Origin: Acetivibrio ethanolgignens
GTDB lineage: Bacteria > Bacillota > Clostridia > Lachnospirales > Lachnospiraceae
Reading direction: 5' to 3'
DNA length: 40,000 bases
Assembly (NCBI RefSeq): GCF_001461035.1
Contig: NZ_LNAM01000024.1
Coordinates: 16,145 to 56,144 of the forward strand
Of this stretch, positions 13,964-22,889 are shown piece after piece. The notes under the pieces are model-generated. The model had not been told where the DNA came from. It made no database searches and saw nothing but the letters and a program-made list of their open reading frames with translations. Every line of letters starts with the position of its first letter. Position 1 is the first letter of the stretch. A program made the translations under genes and the position numbers.

Positions 13964-13999
13964 CGACCTTGTTCAAGTAAAAAGAACGGAGCATAAAAT
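13964..13999 (+). repeat. 36-bp direct repeat, copy 2
   Basis: CGACCTTGTTCAAGTAAAAAGAACGGAGCATAAAAT. Here it is non-coding apart from supplying the RBS and the AT of the ATG of 13998..14237. Confidence 0.85.
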
Positions 14000-14237
14000 G
14001 AAGAATATTCCCGAAAAGCATATCTTGACTTTTGATGTAGAAAGACATTTAAAGGAAAAAGAAAGGCTAAACCAAGCATTAAACGGTAATCTTTCTGGTT
14101 TTGAAAATGATATAAAGGAAGTTCTCAAAAAATACAATATTGATTTATGCAATGGAATAGCCTTTGATTCTTTCATCTATGTATTGGAACAAATACATAT
14201 TGAAAAATTCAATATAAAGCTAGTTTTTGCGAATTAA
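13998..14237 (+). CDS. Hypothetical protein (79 aa)
   Basis: ATG preceded by the duplicated ..AACGGAGCATAAA.. RBS region. Confidence 0.6.
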   Translation: MKNIPEKHILTFDVERHLKEKERLNQALNGNLSGFENDIKEVLKKYNIDLCNGIAFDSFIYVLEQIHIEKFNIKLVFAN

Positions 14238-14286
14238 GACAATCAATACCAGAATAATTTAGTACATATAGGAAGGAAGTGTTGTA

Positions 14287-14502
14287 ATGAGAGGTCAGGA
14301 TACTTACAAGGAAGTAAAAACATATACATATCCAAATGCAATCGTCAGGGTGTACATACCTGACCTTACAGAGGAAGAACGCGAGCGAAGGATGAAAAAT
14401 CTTATGAAACAGACAGAGATATTCATGAAAGGAGTATTAGCAGACGAAATGGCTGCGAAAAAAGAAAAATGCAAAAGAGAAGATGCAGAGAAATTACATT
14501 AA
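14287..14502 (+). CDS. Hypothetical protein (71 aa)
   Basis: RBS GGAAGGAAG. The VRVYIPDLTEEERERRMK motif is common in small phage/ICE proteins of Clostridia (from memory). Confidence 0.65.
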   Translation: MRGQDTYKEVKTYTYPNAIVRVYIPDLTEEERERRMKNLMKQTEIFMKGVLADEMAAKKEKCKREDAEKLH

Positions 14503-14569
14503 TTATTACAGTTGCCTTTATTTTAGCCATGTGCTGGGGTATTAAGGCAATGTAGGAAGGAGTACAAGC

Positions 14570-14779
14570 ATGAGGAGTACAAGCACGATTACTATTCAGG
14601 ATATCACAGACAAGGAAAGGGAGCTCGTTCAGCAGCACATCGATAGCTATTCGGCTATCAGCTGGGACAAGATATATTCTTTGTGGAGAGACAGCGATGG
14701 CAAATTGTGTATCAGGTATAAATGCGACAGCCTGGATATATGGTTCCATTATGACACAGATTCTGGAGAATGGTGGTAG
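14570..14779 (+). CDS. Hypothetical protein (69 aa)
   Basis: RBS AGGAAGGAG. Confidence 0.6.
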   Translation: MRSTSTITIQDITDKERELVQQHIDSYSAISWDKIYSLWRDSDGKLCIRYKCDSLDIWFHYDTDSGEWW

Positions 14780-14795
14780 AAGGGAGGTGTAAGCG

Positions 14796-14918
14796 ATGTT
14801 TTTAAAAGATATAACTATTCAGGATTGCATGGAAATGTGGGAATATGGCTGTGAAATAATCATAGATAACGGTCAGACAACCATCAAAAAAGCCCCTACC
14901 AGTCGGCAAACCGAATAG
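14796..14918 (+). CDS. Hypothetical small protein (40 aa)
   Basis: GGGAGG 8 nt before the ATG. Not in the ORF track (under 60 aa). Confidence 0.4.
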   Translation: MFLKDITIQDCMEMWEYGCEIIIDNGQTTIKKAPTSRQTE

Positions 14919-14970
14919 GGGCATAACAAATTAACCAATTAAATTGTAGCACACGAAAGGAGAAGTTGCA

Positions 14971-15129
14971 ATGGCTTTTTATAGGAAATGCCCAGACTGT
15001 GGAGCAAATCTGGATCCTGGTGAGCGATGCGACTGTTCCAGAGAACGGAAGGAAAAAGAAAGGATTCTGTCTGTGATGTTCCGGCAGGGACCGGACGGTC
15101 AGATGGAGATTGGAGGAATCAATGAATAT
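14971..15129 (+). CDS. Small zinc-ribbon protein (52 aa, MAFYRKCPDCGANLDPGERCDCS...)
   Basis: AAAGGAGAAG before the ATG. CxxC...CxC motif. Its stop overlaps the next start (ATGA). Confidence 0.5.
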
Positions 15130-16552
15130 TGTAAAAATCAAAATTAGAAATTTATTCGGAATAAAAGAGTATGAAGCAAATGGAAACAGCGTAGAGCTTT
15201 CCGGGAAAAATGGAGTCGGAAAAACATCAGTTATTGATGCCATCCGCTATGCACTTACCAATAAGAGTGACCGCAACTATGTTGTTAGAAACGGAGAGAC
15301 CGAGGGAGAGATCCTGATTGAGACAGATAATGGCATTCGCATTAATCGAAAAGTCAGAACGTACCAGACAGACTATAAGAGTATTAAAAAGAACGGTGCA
15401 GAAGTGCCGGGACCGGAGGCTTTTTTAAGGGATATCTTTACTCCGCTGCAGCTAAATCCTGTTGGATTCATGTATATGGATGAAAAGAGGCAGAATGCTA
15501 CCATTCTTGACATGATTGAGTATGACTGGAATCTGGACACTATACGCGGATGGTTCGGAGAATTGCCGGACTGGGTATCTTATGACCAGAATATCCTTGC
15601 TATTCTCAATGATATACAGTCAGAAAAGGGGTATTACTTCCAGCACCGCCAGGATATTCAGAGGGATATTCGAAATAAGCGAGCATTCATTGAAGAAATC
15701 GGAGAAAGCCTTCCGGCTGGATACTGTGCGGATAACTGGGAAAACGCCAATGTTGGTGATTTATATACCAAAATAGAGACTATCCGTAATGAAAATGAGC
15801 TGATTGCAAAGGCAAAGCAGATGCTGGAAAACCGTGATAACAAAGTAAGAAAGTTCCAGGCAGACCGTGAAATATCTATTGCAGCTCTGGACAGAGAGAT
15901 GAGTGCTACAAAAGGCAGACTGCAGAATGAGATTACAAAGCTCCAGGAGCAGATGAAAGCTAAGGAAGCAGAATTAAATGGCCTTATGGACAAGAGAAGT
16001 GACAAACTTGCGGTAATCGAGGAGAAATACAAGGCTGACATTTCCAGATATGATGCAGAGGTAGAAAGCTACCGGGAGTATGCCGAAAGAGAACAGATGG
16101 ACTTCTCTGATTTGATGGAACAGGCTGCCTTAGTAGAAGAAATGAAGGGTTATATCAACGAGTACCGCCGCATGGAGAATCTGGAAGAGGAAGTGGAAGA
16201 GCTTTCACAGGAGGCGAGGGAGCTTACCAGAAAAATTGAACTTGCCAGGACACTTCCTGGTACTATTTTGGAAACGTCTACCATACCGATTGATGGCCTT
16301 ACTGTGAAAGATGGCATTCCTCTGATACATGGACTTCCTATAAGCAATCTTTCCGAAGGTGAGAAGCTTGATCTTTGCATTGACGTAGCTATCCAGAAGC
16401 CAAATGGCCTGCAGATTATTCTCATTGATGGTGTAGAAAAGCTTGCCACTAATTTAAGGGAAAAACTGTACCAGAAATGCAAAGATAAGGGGCTGCAGTT
16501 TATTGCTACCCGAACAACGGACGATGAGGATTTAACCGTAGTGGAATTATAG
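15122..16552 (+). CDS. SMC/Rad50-like AAA ATPase of the recombination module
   Basis: Walker A GKNGVGKTSVIDAIRYAL, long central coiled coil, and C-terminal signature/Walker B region (LSEGEKLDL...IILIDGVE). ATG 15122 is preferred over 15110. Confidence 0.85.
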   Translation: MNIVKIKIRNLFGIKEYEANGNSVELSGKNGVGKTSVIDAIRYALTNKSDRNYVVRNGETEGEILIETDNGIRINRKVRTYQTDYKSIKKNGAEVPGPEAFLRDIFTPLQLNPVGFMYMDEKRQNATILDMIEYDWNLDTIRGWFGELPDWVSYDQNILAILNDIQSEKGYYFQHRQDIQRDIRNKRAFIEEIGESLPAGYCADNWENANVGDLYTKIETIRNENELIAKAKQMLENRDNKVRKFQADREISIAALDREMSATKGRLQNEITKLQEQMKAKEAELNGLMDKRSDKLAVIEEKYKADISRYDAEVESYREYAEREQMDFSDLMEQAALVEEMKGYINEYRRMENLEEEVEELSQEARELTRKIELARTLPGTILETSTIPIDGLTVKDGIPLIHGLPISNLSEGEKLDLCIDVAIQKPNGLQIILIDGVEKLATNLREKLYQKCKDKGLQFIATRTTDDEDLTVVEL

Positions 16553-16562
16553 GAGGAAAGTT

Positions 16563-17204
16563 ATGGAGAAAAAAGAAGTTATCCTTGCGGAACAGAAAAC
16601 AGAAATGTTATCTAATGCTTTTTCAGATACGGAAGCTTTTAATAAAATTTACAAAATCGGAACAATGTTTGCATCATCTTCTTTAGTTCCAGATAATTAC
16701 CAGAATAAACCAATGGATTGCGTTATTGCTGTTGATATGGCAAATCGTATGGGAGTAAGCCCAATGATGGTAATGCAAAATCTGTATGTTGTAAAAGGCA
16801 AACCTTCCTGGAGCGGACAGGCTTGTATGTCGCTTATCGAAGGAAGTGGAAAGTTTAAAGGTGTCCGTCCGGTATACTTTGGAGAAAAAGGAACAGATGA
16901 ACGAGGATGCCGCATTGAAGCTGTGTGGGCTGATACCGGAGAAAAAGTTGTTGGAACGGAAATTACAATAAAGATGGCAAAGGATGAGGGCTGGTATTCC
17001 AAGAAAGATAAATATGGAAATGAAACAAGCAAATGGCAGACCATGCCGGAGCAAATGCTTGCTTATCGTGCGGCTTCATTTTTTGCCAGGGTATATATTC
17101 CAAATGCCTTAATGGGCGTGTATGTAGAAGGTGAAGCAGAGGATATTGATAAAGAACCGAGAAGAAAAGCACCTGACCCGTTTAATGAAGGAGGTATGGA
17201 ATAA
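16563..17204 (+). CDS. RecT/Red-beta-type single-strand annealing protein
   Basis: 213 aa. Motifs MQNLYVVKGKPSWSGQACMSLIE...SKWQTMPEQMLAYRAASFFARVYIPNALMG are typical of phage RecT/Bet-like recombinases (from memory). Confidence 0.8.
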   Translation: MEKKEVILAEQKTEMLSNAFSDTEAFNKIYKIGTMFASSSLVPDNYQNKPMDCVIAVDMANRMGVSPMMVMQNLYVVKGKPSWSGQACMSLIEGSGKFKGVRPVYFGEKGTDERGCRIEAVWADTGEKVVGTEITIKMAKDEGWYSKKDKYGNETSKWQTMPEQMLAYRAASFFARVYIPNALMGVYVEGEAEDIDKEPRRKAPDPFNEGGME

Positions 17205-18001
17205 TGATACTGACAGCTGAAAACTATTATTCACAGGAAGCTAACCTGGAATATCTCTCGGTTAGCCAGTATAAAGATTTCGTTGGAACTATTGGCCGCC
17301 CTGGCTGTGAGGAACAGGCTATCGCAAAGTTAAATGGAGAATGGGAAATGGAGAAGACCACGGCATTGATGGTTGGTTCTTATGTAGATTCTCATTTTGA
17401 AGGCTCCTTAGCTACGTTTAAGGCAAAGAATCCGGATATCTTTACAAAGCAGGGGCAGTTAAAGGCAGATTACCGGCAGGCAGAAGAAATAATTAACCGA
17501 ATTGAACGGGATGAATTATTTATGAAGTATATGAGCGGTGAAAAACAGGTAGTTATGACCGCTGAACTATATGGAGCGAAGTGGAAGGTAAAGCTGGACA
17601 GCTATCTTCCTGGTAAAGCTATAGTAGACCTTAAGATTATGAGGGAGCTACATAAGGCAGAGTATGCCAAGGACTATGGATATATGAATTTTATTGAATA
17701 CTGGGGGTATGACCTGCAAGCTGCAATCTATCAGGAAGTAGTTTACCAGAATACAGGGGAGCGTCTTCCGTTCTACATTGCTGCGGCTTCAAAGGAAAAA
17801 TATCCTGATTTGGAACTCATATGGATTGATGATGAACGTCTGAAAGAAAAGCTGGCAGAGGTAGAGCAGAACACTCCGAAGATACTGGCACTGAAAAAAG
17901 GAGATATAGACCCTATACGGTGTGAAATGTGTGATTACTGTAAGCACACAAAAGTTTTGACAGCTCCTGTGCATTATTCAGAGCTATTGGGGGATGTGTA
18001 A
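17204..18001 (+). CDS. PD-(D/E)XK exonuclease (exonuclease VIII / Cas4-like, C-terminal Cys cluster)
   Basis: 265 aa. VDLKIMRE core motif and C-terminal CEMCDYCKHTK. Translationally coupled to the recT-like gene (ATAATG). Confidence 0.8.
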   Translation: MILTAENYYSQEANLEYLSVSQYKDFVGTIGRPGCEEQAIAKLNGEWEMEKTTALMVGSYVDSHFEGSLATFKAKNPDIFTKQGQLKADYRQAEEIINRIERDELFMKYMSGEKQVVMTAELYGAKWKVKLDSYLPGKAIVDLKIMRELHKAEYAKDYGYMNFIEYWGYDLQAAIYQEVVYQNTGERLPFYIAAASKEKYPDLELIWIDDERLKEKLAEVEQNTPKILALKKGDIDPIRCEMCDYCKHTKVLTAPVHYSELLGDV

Positions 18002-18285
18002 TGGAGAAAACAAGTCTTTTAGTAGACGATATGACACACTGCATTTACTGTAACCGTCCAGCGGAAGAACATCATGTCTTTTTTGGAAATCCAAACCGTG
18101 CGGCGGCAGACCGCAGAAGATTGGTGGTTCCTTTATGTTCGGAACATCATAGGACAGGGAAAGATGCACCGCACAAAAATCGGATTGTAGACATGACTTT
18201 GAAATGCTGGGCTCAGACGGTTTATGAAGAGAAGTGTGGAACCAGAGAGGACTTCAGGAGAGAATTTGGAAAGTCCTATTTATAA
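18001..18285 (+). CDS. Small Cys/His zinc-binding protein (HNH-like / NinG-DUF1364-like)
   Basis: CIYCNRPAEEHHVFFG...VPLCSEHHRTG motif. Confidence 0.65.
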   Translation: MEKTSLLVDDMTHCIYCNRPAEEHHVFFGNPNRAAADRRRLVVPLCSEHHRTGKDAPHKNRIVDMTLKCWAQTVYEEKCGTREDFRREFGKSYL

Positions 18286-18332
18286 GCACCTTCTGTAATT
18301 GTCTCACGAACTTTTACAGTTGAAAACCGAAA

Positions 18333-18356
18333 CCTCCTGCCCTTCTGGGTGGGAGG
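18333..18356 (+). promoter_or_regulatory. Stable hairpin sequestering the RBS of the RusA-like gene
   Basis: CCTCCTGCCC (18333-18342) ttct GGGTGGGAGG (18347-18356): 10 bp including 2 G-U pairs. No T-run follows. Confidence 0.4.
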
Positions 18357-18369
18357 GGAAAGGAATGAC

Positions 18370-18771
18370 ATGGTATATAAATTTACGATACTTGGAAAGC
18401 TGCCAGGGTTAAATGAGTATACAGCGGCTAACCGCACACATCCCAATAAAGGGAGCCGTATGAAAAAAGAGGGTGAACAGACCGCTATGTGGGCTATACG
18501 GCATGAGCTTGGTAGACTGCATATAGAAAAGCCTATCCGTATGCACTATTGCTTTTATGAGCCGAATAAGAAACGAGATTTGGATAATATTTCTTCTTTT
18601 GCCCATAAGGTAATCCAGGACAGTCTTGTGAAACTTGGAATCCTTAAAAATGACGGTTGGAATGAGATTGTAGGGTATACGGATCAATTCTATTGCGACA
18701 GGCAGAATCCAAGAATAGAAGTAAAGCTGGAGGAGGTAGAAAATGAAAAAATGGCTTATCAAGCACAGTGA
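18370..18771 (+). CDS. RusA-family Holliday junction resolvase
   Basis: Motif KRDLDNISSFAHKVIQDSLVKLGILKNDGWNEI (D-x-DN...K-x-x-D...DD/DG). ATG 18370 is preferred because the GTG at 18349 lies inside the hairpin. Confidence 0.8.
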   Translation: MVYKFTILGKLPGLNEYTAANRTHPNKGSRMKKEGEQTAMWAIRHELGRLHIEKPIRMHYCFYEPNKKRDLDNISSFAHKVIQDSLVKLGILKNDGWNEIVGYTDQFYCDRQNPRIEVKLEEVENEKMAYQAQ

Positions 18772-18780
18772 GGTGGTTAA

Positions 18781-19356
18781 GTGACGGATGGAAATTACAT
18801 AAAAATCTACCGCTCTATGCTTGACTGGGAATGGTATCAAGATATCAATACCTGCAGATTATTTTTGCATATGCTCCTGAAAGCAAATTGGAAAGACGGA
18901 AAATTCCAAGGTACAACTGTGCCGCGTGGTTCATTCATATCCTCTCTGCCAAAGCTTTCCGAAGAAACAAAACTGACAGTTGATGAAATTCGGACAGCTT
19001 TGAAGCACCTGGAAAAAACAGGGGAAGTTACCAGGCAAACCACAAACCGAAGTTCCATGTTTACCGTGGTTAATTACCAGTTGTACCAAGGAACTTCCCA
19101 GACAAATCCCAATCCAATCCCAGGCAGTTCCCAGTCTATTCCCAGTCCATTCCCAGCAATAGAAGAAGAGAAAGAAAGGGAAGAAGGAAAAGAAATTAAG
19201 AAGGAAAGAAAGAATATTACAGTTTCTAACGAAACTGTTTGTCAGACTGACGTCAGACTTATCCTTGATGCATGCAACAGTATTCCTTCTTTGGAGAAAA
19301 GCAATTACAGGCGTATGGGTTTGTGTAAAAGAGTATTATTATTCAGGAAGAGATGA
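18781..19356 (+). pseudogene. Phage replisome-organizer / replication protein, N-terminal wHTH part only; the 3' part is replaced by out-of-frame terminase sequence
   Basis: YIKIYRSMLDWEWYQD...LFLHMLLKANWKDGKFQGTTVPRGSFISSLPKLSEETKLTVDEIRTALKHLEKTGEV is the usual N-terminal domain. After ..VRLILDACNSIPSL the frame runs into terL-derived DNA and terminates. Confidence 0.6.
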
Positions 19357-19741
19357 AGTGGCACAGAAAACAGATGCAGAGTACACTGAGGATTTAAAGC
19401 AGTTCCTTGGCAGCATTAAGATTAAAGCAGTAATCGTTGACCCGAGTGCCGCTTCTTTTATTGCACAGTTAAAGAAAAGCGGATTTAAGGTAAGGAAAGC
19501 GAATAACGATGTTCTGGATGGAATTCGCTTTGTTGGAACACTACTTAATCAGAAAAAGATACGGTTTTATAAAGACTGTGTTAATACCGTAAAAGAATTT
19601 AATTCTTATGTATGGGACAACAAGGCAGTGGAAAAAGGGGAAGACAAGCCGGTAAAACAGTTTGACCATTGCATGGATGCGGTAAGGTATTTCTGCATGA
19701 CAGTAATTAAGATGAAGCAGTCATTAAGCATTTTGAAATAG
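19265..19741 (+). pseudogene. Terminase large subunit (PBSX/Terminase_3 type), C-terminal nuclease-domain remnant (about 140 aa)
   Basis: ...VWVCVKEYYYSG...KAVIVDPSAASFIAQLKKSGFKVRKANNDVLDGIRFVGTLLNQKKIRFYKDCVNTVKEFNSYVWD...FDHCMDAVRYF is the C-terminal third of a TerL. There is no ATPase domain (Walker A/B), no plausible start/RBS and no small-subunit gene upstream. Confidence 0.8.
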
Positions 19742-19743
19742 AG

Positions 19744-21141
19744 GTGAAAAGAGTGGATTTAGAGAGTGCAAAAAAACTCATTAAGGAGCATATGCCAGTT
19801 CATGAGAAATTCGTGAAAGATGCAATTGAGGCGAAGAGGTATTATCGGAACGAGAATGATATATTGACAAAAGGTGCGAGAAGGGAAAAGGAACAGTCAG
19901 AAGATACTCCTATCCGTAGTGCAGATAATCGCATTAGTCATAATTTCCACGGGCTTTTGGTAAATCAGAAAACTGCATATATGTTTACAGCCTCACCTTT
20001 GTTTGACATCGGAAATCCAGAAGCAAACAAAAGGATAGCCAATGTCCTTGGGGATAAATATGCAAAAGTCTGCAAAGATTTGTGTATCAATGCCTCCAAT
20101 GCTTCTGTGTCATGGCTACATTATTGGAAGGATGAAAAAGGTACATTCAAATATGGTGTCATAGAAAGCGAGCAGATCATACCAGTGTGGAGCAGTGATT
20201 TGGAAAGAGAACTGCAGTCGGTACTGCGTGTATATCGAAGAACCCAGGATGATGGGAAAACATATACAGTGTATGAGATATGGACAGAAAAGGAGTGCCA
20301 GTCTTTTATAAGACAGGAAAATCTATCGGTAGATATTGGGCTTTCGTATTATAGTATATTGGATTTTTCCGTTGTGGATACGTCAGAAGGAAGCATTTAT
20401 GATCATGGGATGGAAAGAGTCCCTTTCATCCCTTTTTTCAATAATAATGTGAATACCAATGATTTGAAAAATATCAAAGGACTGATAGACGCTTATGATA
20501 AAGTTTACAGCGGTTATGTGAATGACTTGGAAGATATACAGGAAATCATCTTTATTTTAAGTGGTTATGGCGGCACTGATTTGAAAGAGTTTATGCAGGA
20601 CTTGAAATTGTATAAGGCTGTAAAACTGGATGCCGACAGCGATAAGCCGGGGTTATCCACACTTGCCATTGATATTCCGGTGGAGGCAAGAGAAAAGCTT
20701 CTTGCCATGACTAGAAAAGAAATCTTTGAACAGGGTCAGGGAGTAGACCCACAGCCGGAATCATTTGGCAACAAATCAGGCGAGGCTTTGAAGTTTATGT
20801 ATGCTCTCTTGGAACTGAAAGCCGGTTTGATGGAAACAGAGTTTAAGCTTGGTTTCGGAGAACTTGTAAGGGCGATCTGTCAGTATTTGAATGTACCTTG
20901 TGAAACGCTTACCCAGACATGGACGAGGACATCCATTAAAAACGATACCGAGATTTCAGATATTTGTAGAAACAGCGTAGGAATCATATCTAATAAGACT
21001 GTTTTGAAAAACCATCCTCTTGTTGAAAATGCGGAAGAGGAAGAAAAACAGATAGCCAAGGAGAAGAAAGAGGCAGAGGAATCAGAACAGGAGTACAAAA
21101 GAGCATTTGCAGATAAAAGCGGTGATGTAGATGAAGAATAG
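19744..21141 (+). CDS. Portal protein (SPP1 gp6-like)
   Basis: 465 aa. Position immediately after terL. Acidic C-terminus. The AKRYYRNENDI...NRISHNFHGLLVNQKTAYMF pattern is typical of SPP1-type portals. Confidence 0.9.
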   Translation: MKRVDLESAKKLIKEHMPVHEKFVKDAIEAKRYYRNENDILTKGARREKEQSEDTPIRSADNRISHNFHGLLVNQKTAYMFTASPLFDIGNPEANKRIANVLGDKYAKVCKDLCINASNASVSWLHYWKDEKGTFKYGVIESEQIIPVWSSDLERELQSVLRVYRRTQDDGKTYTVYEIWTEKECQSFIRQENLSVDIGLSYYSILDFSVVDTSEGSIYDHGMERVPFIPFFNNNVNTNDLKNIKGLIDAYDKVYSGYVNDLEDIQEIIFILSGYGGTDLKEFMQDLKLYKAVKLDADSDKPGLSTLAIDIPVEAREKLLAMTRKEIFEQGQGVDPQPESFGNKSGEALKFMYALLELKAGLMETEFKLGFGELVRAICQYLNVPCETLTQTWTRTSIKNDTEISDICRNSVGIISNKTVLKNHPLVENAEEEEKQIAKEKKEAEESEQEYKRAFADKSGDVDEE

Positions 21142-22627
21142 CGAATATTGGAAAAGGCGGTTCGAACAGCTCGAAGATGAGAATTATGCAAAGACAGAAA
21201 GCTACTACAAGGATGTAGAGAAACAGTTCCGCATGGCACAGAATAGCGTACAGGCAGATATTGAAAAATGGTATTGGAGACTGGCAGATAATAATGATAT
21301 TTCCTATGCAGCAGCAAAAAAGCTGTTGAAAAAGAATGAGTTAGAGGAGTTCCATTGGACAGTAGAGGAATATATCAAATATGGTCAGGAAAATTCCATG
21401 AATCAGAAGTGGATGAAGGAATTGGAGAATGCTTCTGCAAGAGTACATATTTCCCGTCTGGAAGCCATAAAGCTTCAGATACAGCAGGAAGCCGAAAAGC
21501 TATTCTTGGAATATGAAGGGGCAACAACAGAATTTTTAAAAAGAACCTATGCAGATGGTTTCTATCATACAGCATTTGGGATTGCAAGAGGGACTGGTGT
21601 AGGAAGCAGTCTGGCAAAGCTGGATTCTGATACAATTGAAAAATTGATAAAGAAGCCCTGGGCACAGGATGGGAGCAATTTTTCTGACCGTATCTGGGCA
21701 AATAAAAAGAAACTGGTAAACGTACTGCACACAGAATTGGCACAGAATGTCATCAGAGGGGAAAGCCAGGAAAAGGCTGCTAAGAGAGTAGCGGAACAAA
21801 TGGGAGCATCTATGAGACAGGCAAGGACACTGGTATATACAGAAAGTGCCGCGATTGCTTCAGGTGCAAGAAGAGACTGTCTTAAAGACCTTGGTGTAGA
21901 GCAGTATGAGATTGTAGCAACTCTTGATAGCAAGACATCAGACATTTGCCGGGAGATGGATGGTAAGGTGTTCGATATGAAAGAATATCAGGTAGGACTT
22001 ACCGCACCGCCGTTTCATCCTAATTGTCGTTCTTGCACTTGCCCATATTTCAATGATGAATTTACCATTGGAGAAGAAAGAGCAGCAAGAAATGAGGAAA
22101 CAGGAAGAACTTATTATGTACCGGCAGATATGAAATATCTGGAGTGGAAAGAGAAATTTGTAGATAAGGACGCCAAAGAACCTAAATCTGTGCTAACTCT
22201 TACTGAGATAGGAGCAATTATAAGATATGTAAGTCCGGATTCTTATGTTCTGAATGATAAATTAAGGCATGGAGATGAGTTGACAGAGGAAGAAAAAGAA
22301 TGGATAATAGACTTAGATAATGCACTAGATAAAATGCAGGACTATGAGGGGATAGTATATCGGTCTGTTTCGGATTTTGGAATTGGTGATGTAGATGAAT
22401 TTATAAATTCTTATGTACCTGGATGTACAAAAGAATTTCCATCATATATATCTTCTTCTGAAAACGTATATGATGAGAGCTTTTCAATACAGTATGCTAT
22501 TTGGTCGAAACATGGAAAGGATATTCGAGAATATAACCAGAAAGAAAAAGAGGTATTGTTTAAGCGGAATAGCAAGTTTAAGGTGATAAGAGTTGAGAAA
22601 AATATAATTTATTTGGAGGAAAAATGA
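21131..22627 (+). CDS. Head morphogenesis protein (SPP1 gp7 / Mu F-like) fused to a C-terminal ADP-ribosyltransferase domain
   Basis: N-terminus NSEYWKRRFEQLE...TLDSKTSDICREMDGKVF...PPFHPNCRSCT (gp7/MuF). The C-terminal ~145 aa carry the R-S-E triad in order: YRSV, SYISSS, QKEKEVLF, preceded by YVLNDKLRHG. Confidence 0.9.
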   Translation: MKNSEYWKRRFEQLEDENYAKTESYYKDVEKQFRMAQNSVQADIEKWYWRLADNNDISYAAAKKLLKKNELEEFHWTVEEYIKYGQENSMNQKWMKELENASARVHISRLEAIKLQIQQEAEKLFLEYEGATTEFLKRTYADGFYHTAFGIARGTGVGSSLAKLDSDTIEKLIKKPWAQDGSNFSDRIWANKKKLVNVLHTELAQNVIRGESQEKAAKRVAEQMGASMRQARTLVYTESAAIASGARRDCLKDLGVEQYEIVATLDSKTSDICREMDGKVFDMKEYQVGLTAPPFHPNCRSCTCPYFNDEFTIGEERAARNEETGRTYYVPADMKYLEWKEKFVDKDAKEPKSVLTLTEIGAIIRYVSPDSYVLNDKLRHGDELTEEEKEWIIDLDNALDKMQDYEGIVYRSVSDFGIGDVDEFINSYVPGCTKEFPSYISSSENVYDESFSIQYAIWSKHGKDIREYNQKEKEVLFKRNSKFKVIRVEKNIIYLEEK

Positions 22628-22887
22628 TGGCATTAACGGCGAGAGAATGGACTTTATTACCAAAAGACGAAATGGAGGCAAGACAAGGTGAATTGTCTCC
22701 GGGAGAATGCTTTAAGCTTAGGACGGAGCTAAGTATGATACATTTGACAGAGGAACAAAAAGCCAGAATGACAGAGGAGGAAAAAAACAAATTTATTAAT
22801 CAGAAATATCCCAAAAGAACAGAAGAGGAAAAGAGAGAGATTGAAAGACAAGCAAGAGAAGTTTTTAGATCGCTGCTGGAGGATTAA
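22624..22887 (+). CDS. Hypothetical protein (87 aa)
   Basis: ATGATG overlap with the preceding stop. Charged, Glu/Lys-rich. Confidence 0.6.
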   Translation: MMALTAREWTLLPKDEMEARQGELSPGECFKLRTELSMIHLTEEQKARMTEEEKNKFINQKYPKRTEEEKREIERQAREVFRSLLED

Positions 22888-22889
22888 AG

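Noticed and set aside
14559-14585. Tandem 12-mer GGAGTACAAGCA (tga) GGAGTACAAGCA around the start of 14570..14779
   Set aside because: It is a single local duplication spanning the RBS and first codons. It is too short and isolated to suggest function.
14423-15243. Minus-strand ORFs 14423..14749 (108 aa) and 14896..15243 (115 aa)
   Set aside because: They are antisense to a tightly packed plus-strand early operon whose ORFs have good ribosome-binding sites. They have no signals of their own.
15122-18001. SMC-like ATPase, RecT and nuclease as a possible defence system (Gabija- or Lamassu-like)
   Set aside because: The gene order, the translational coupling and the adjacent RusA/HNH genes fit a standard phage recombination and replication module better than a defence system.
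18409-18840. 143-aa minus-strand ORF
   Set aside because: It is antisense to the RusA-like gene, which has recognisable catalytic motifs.
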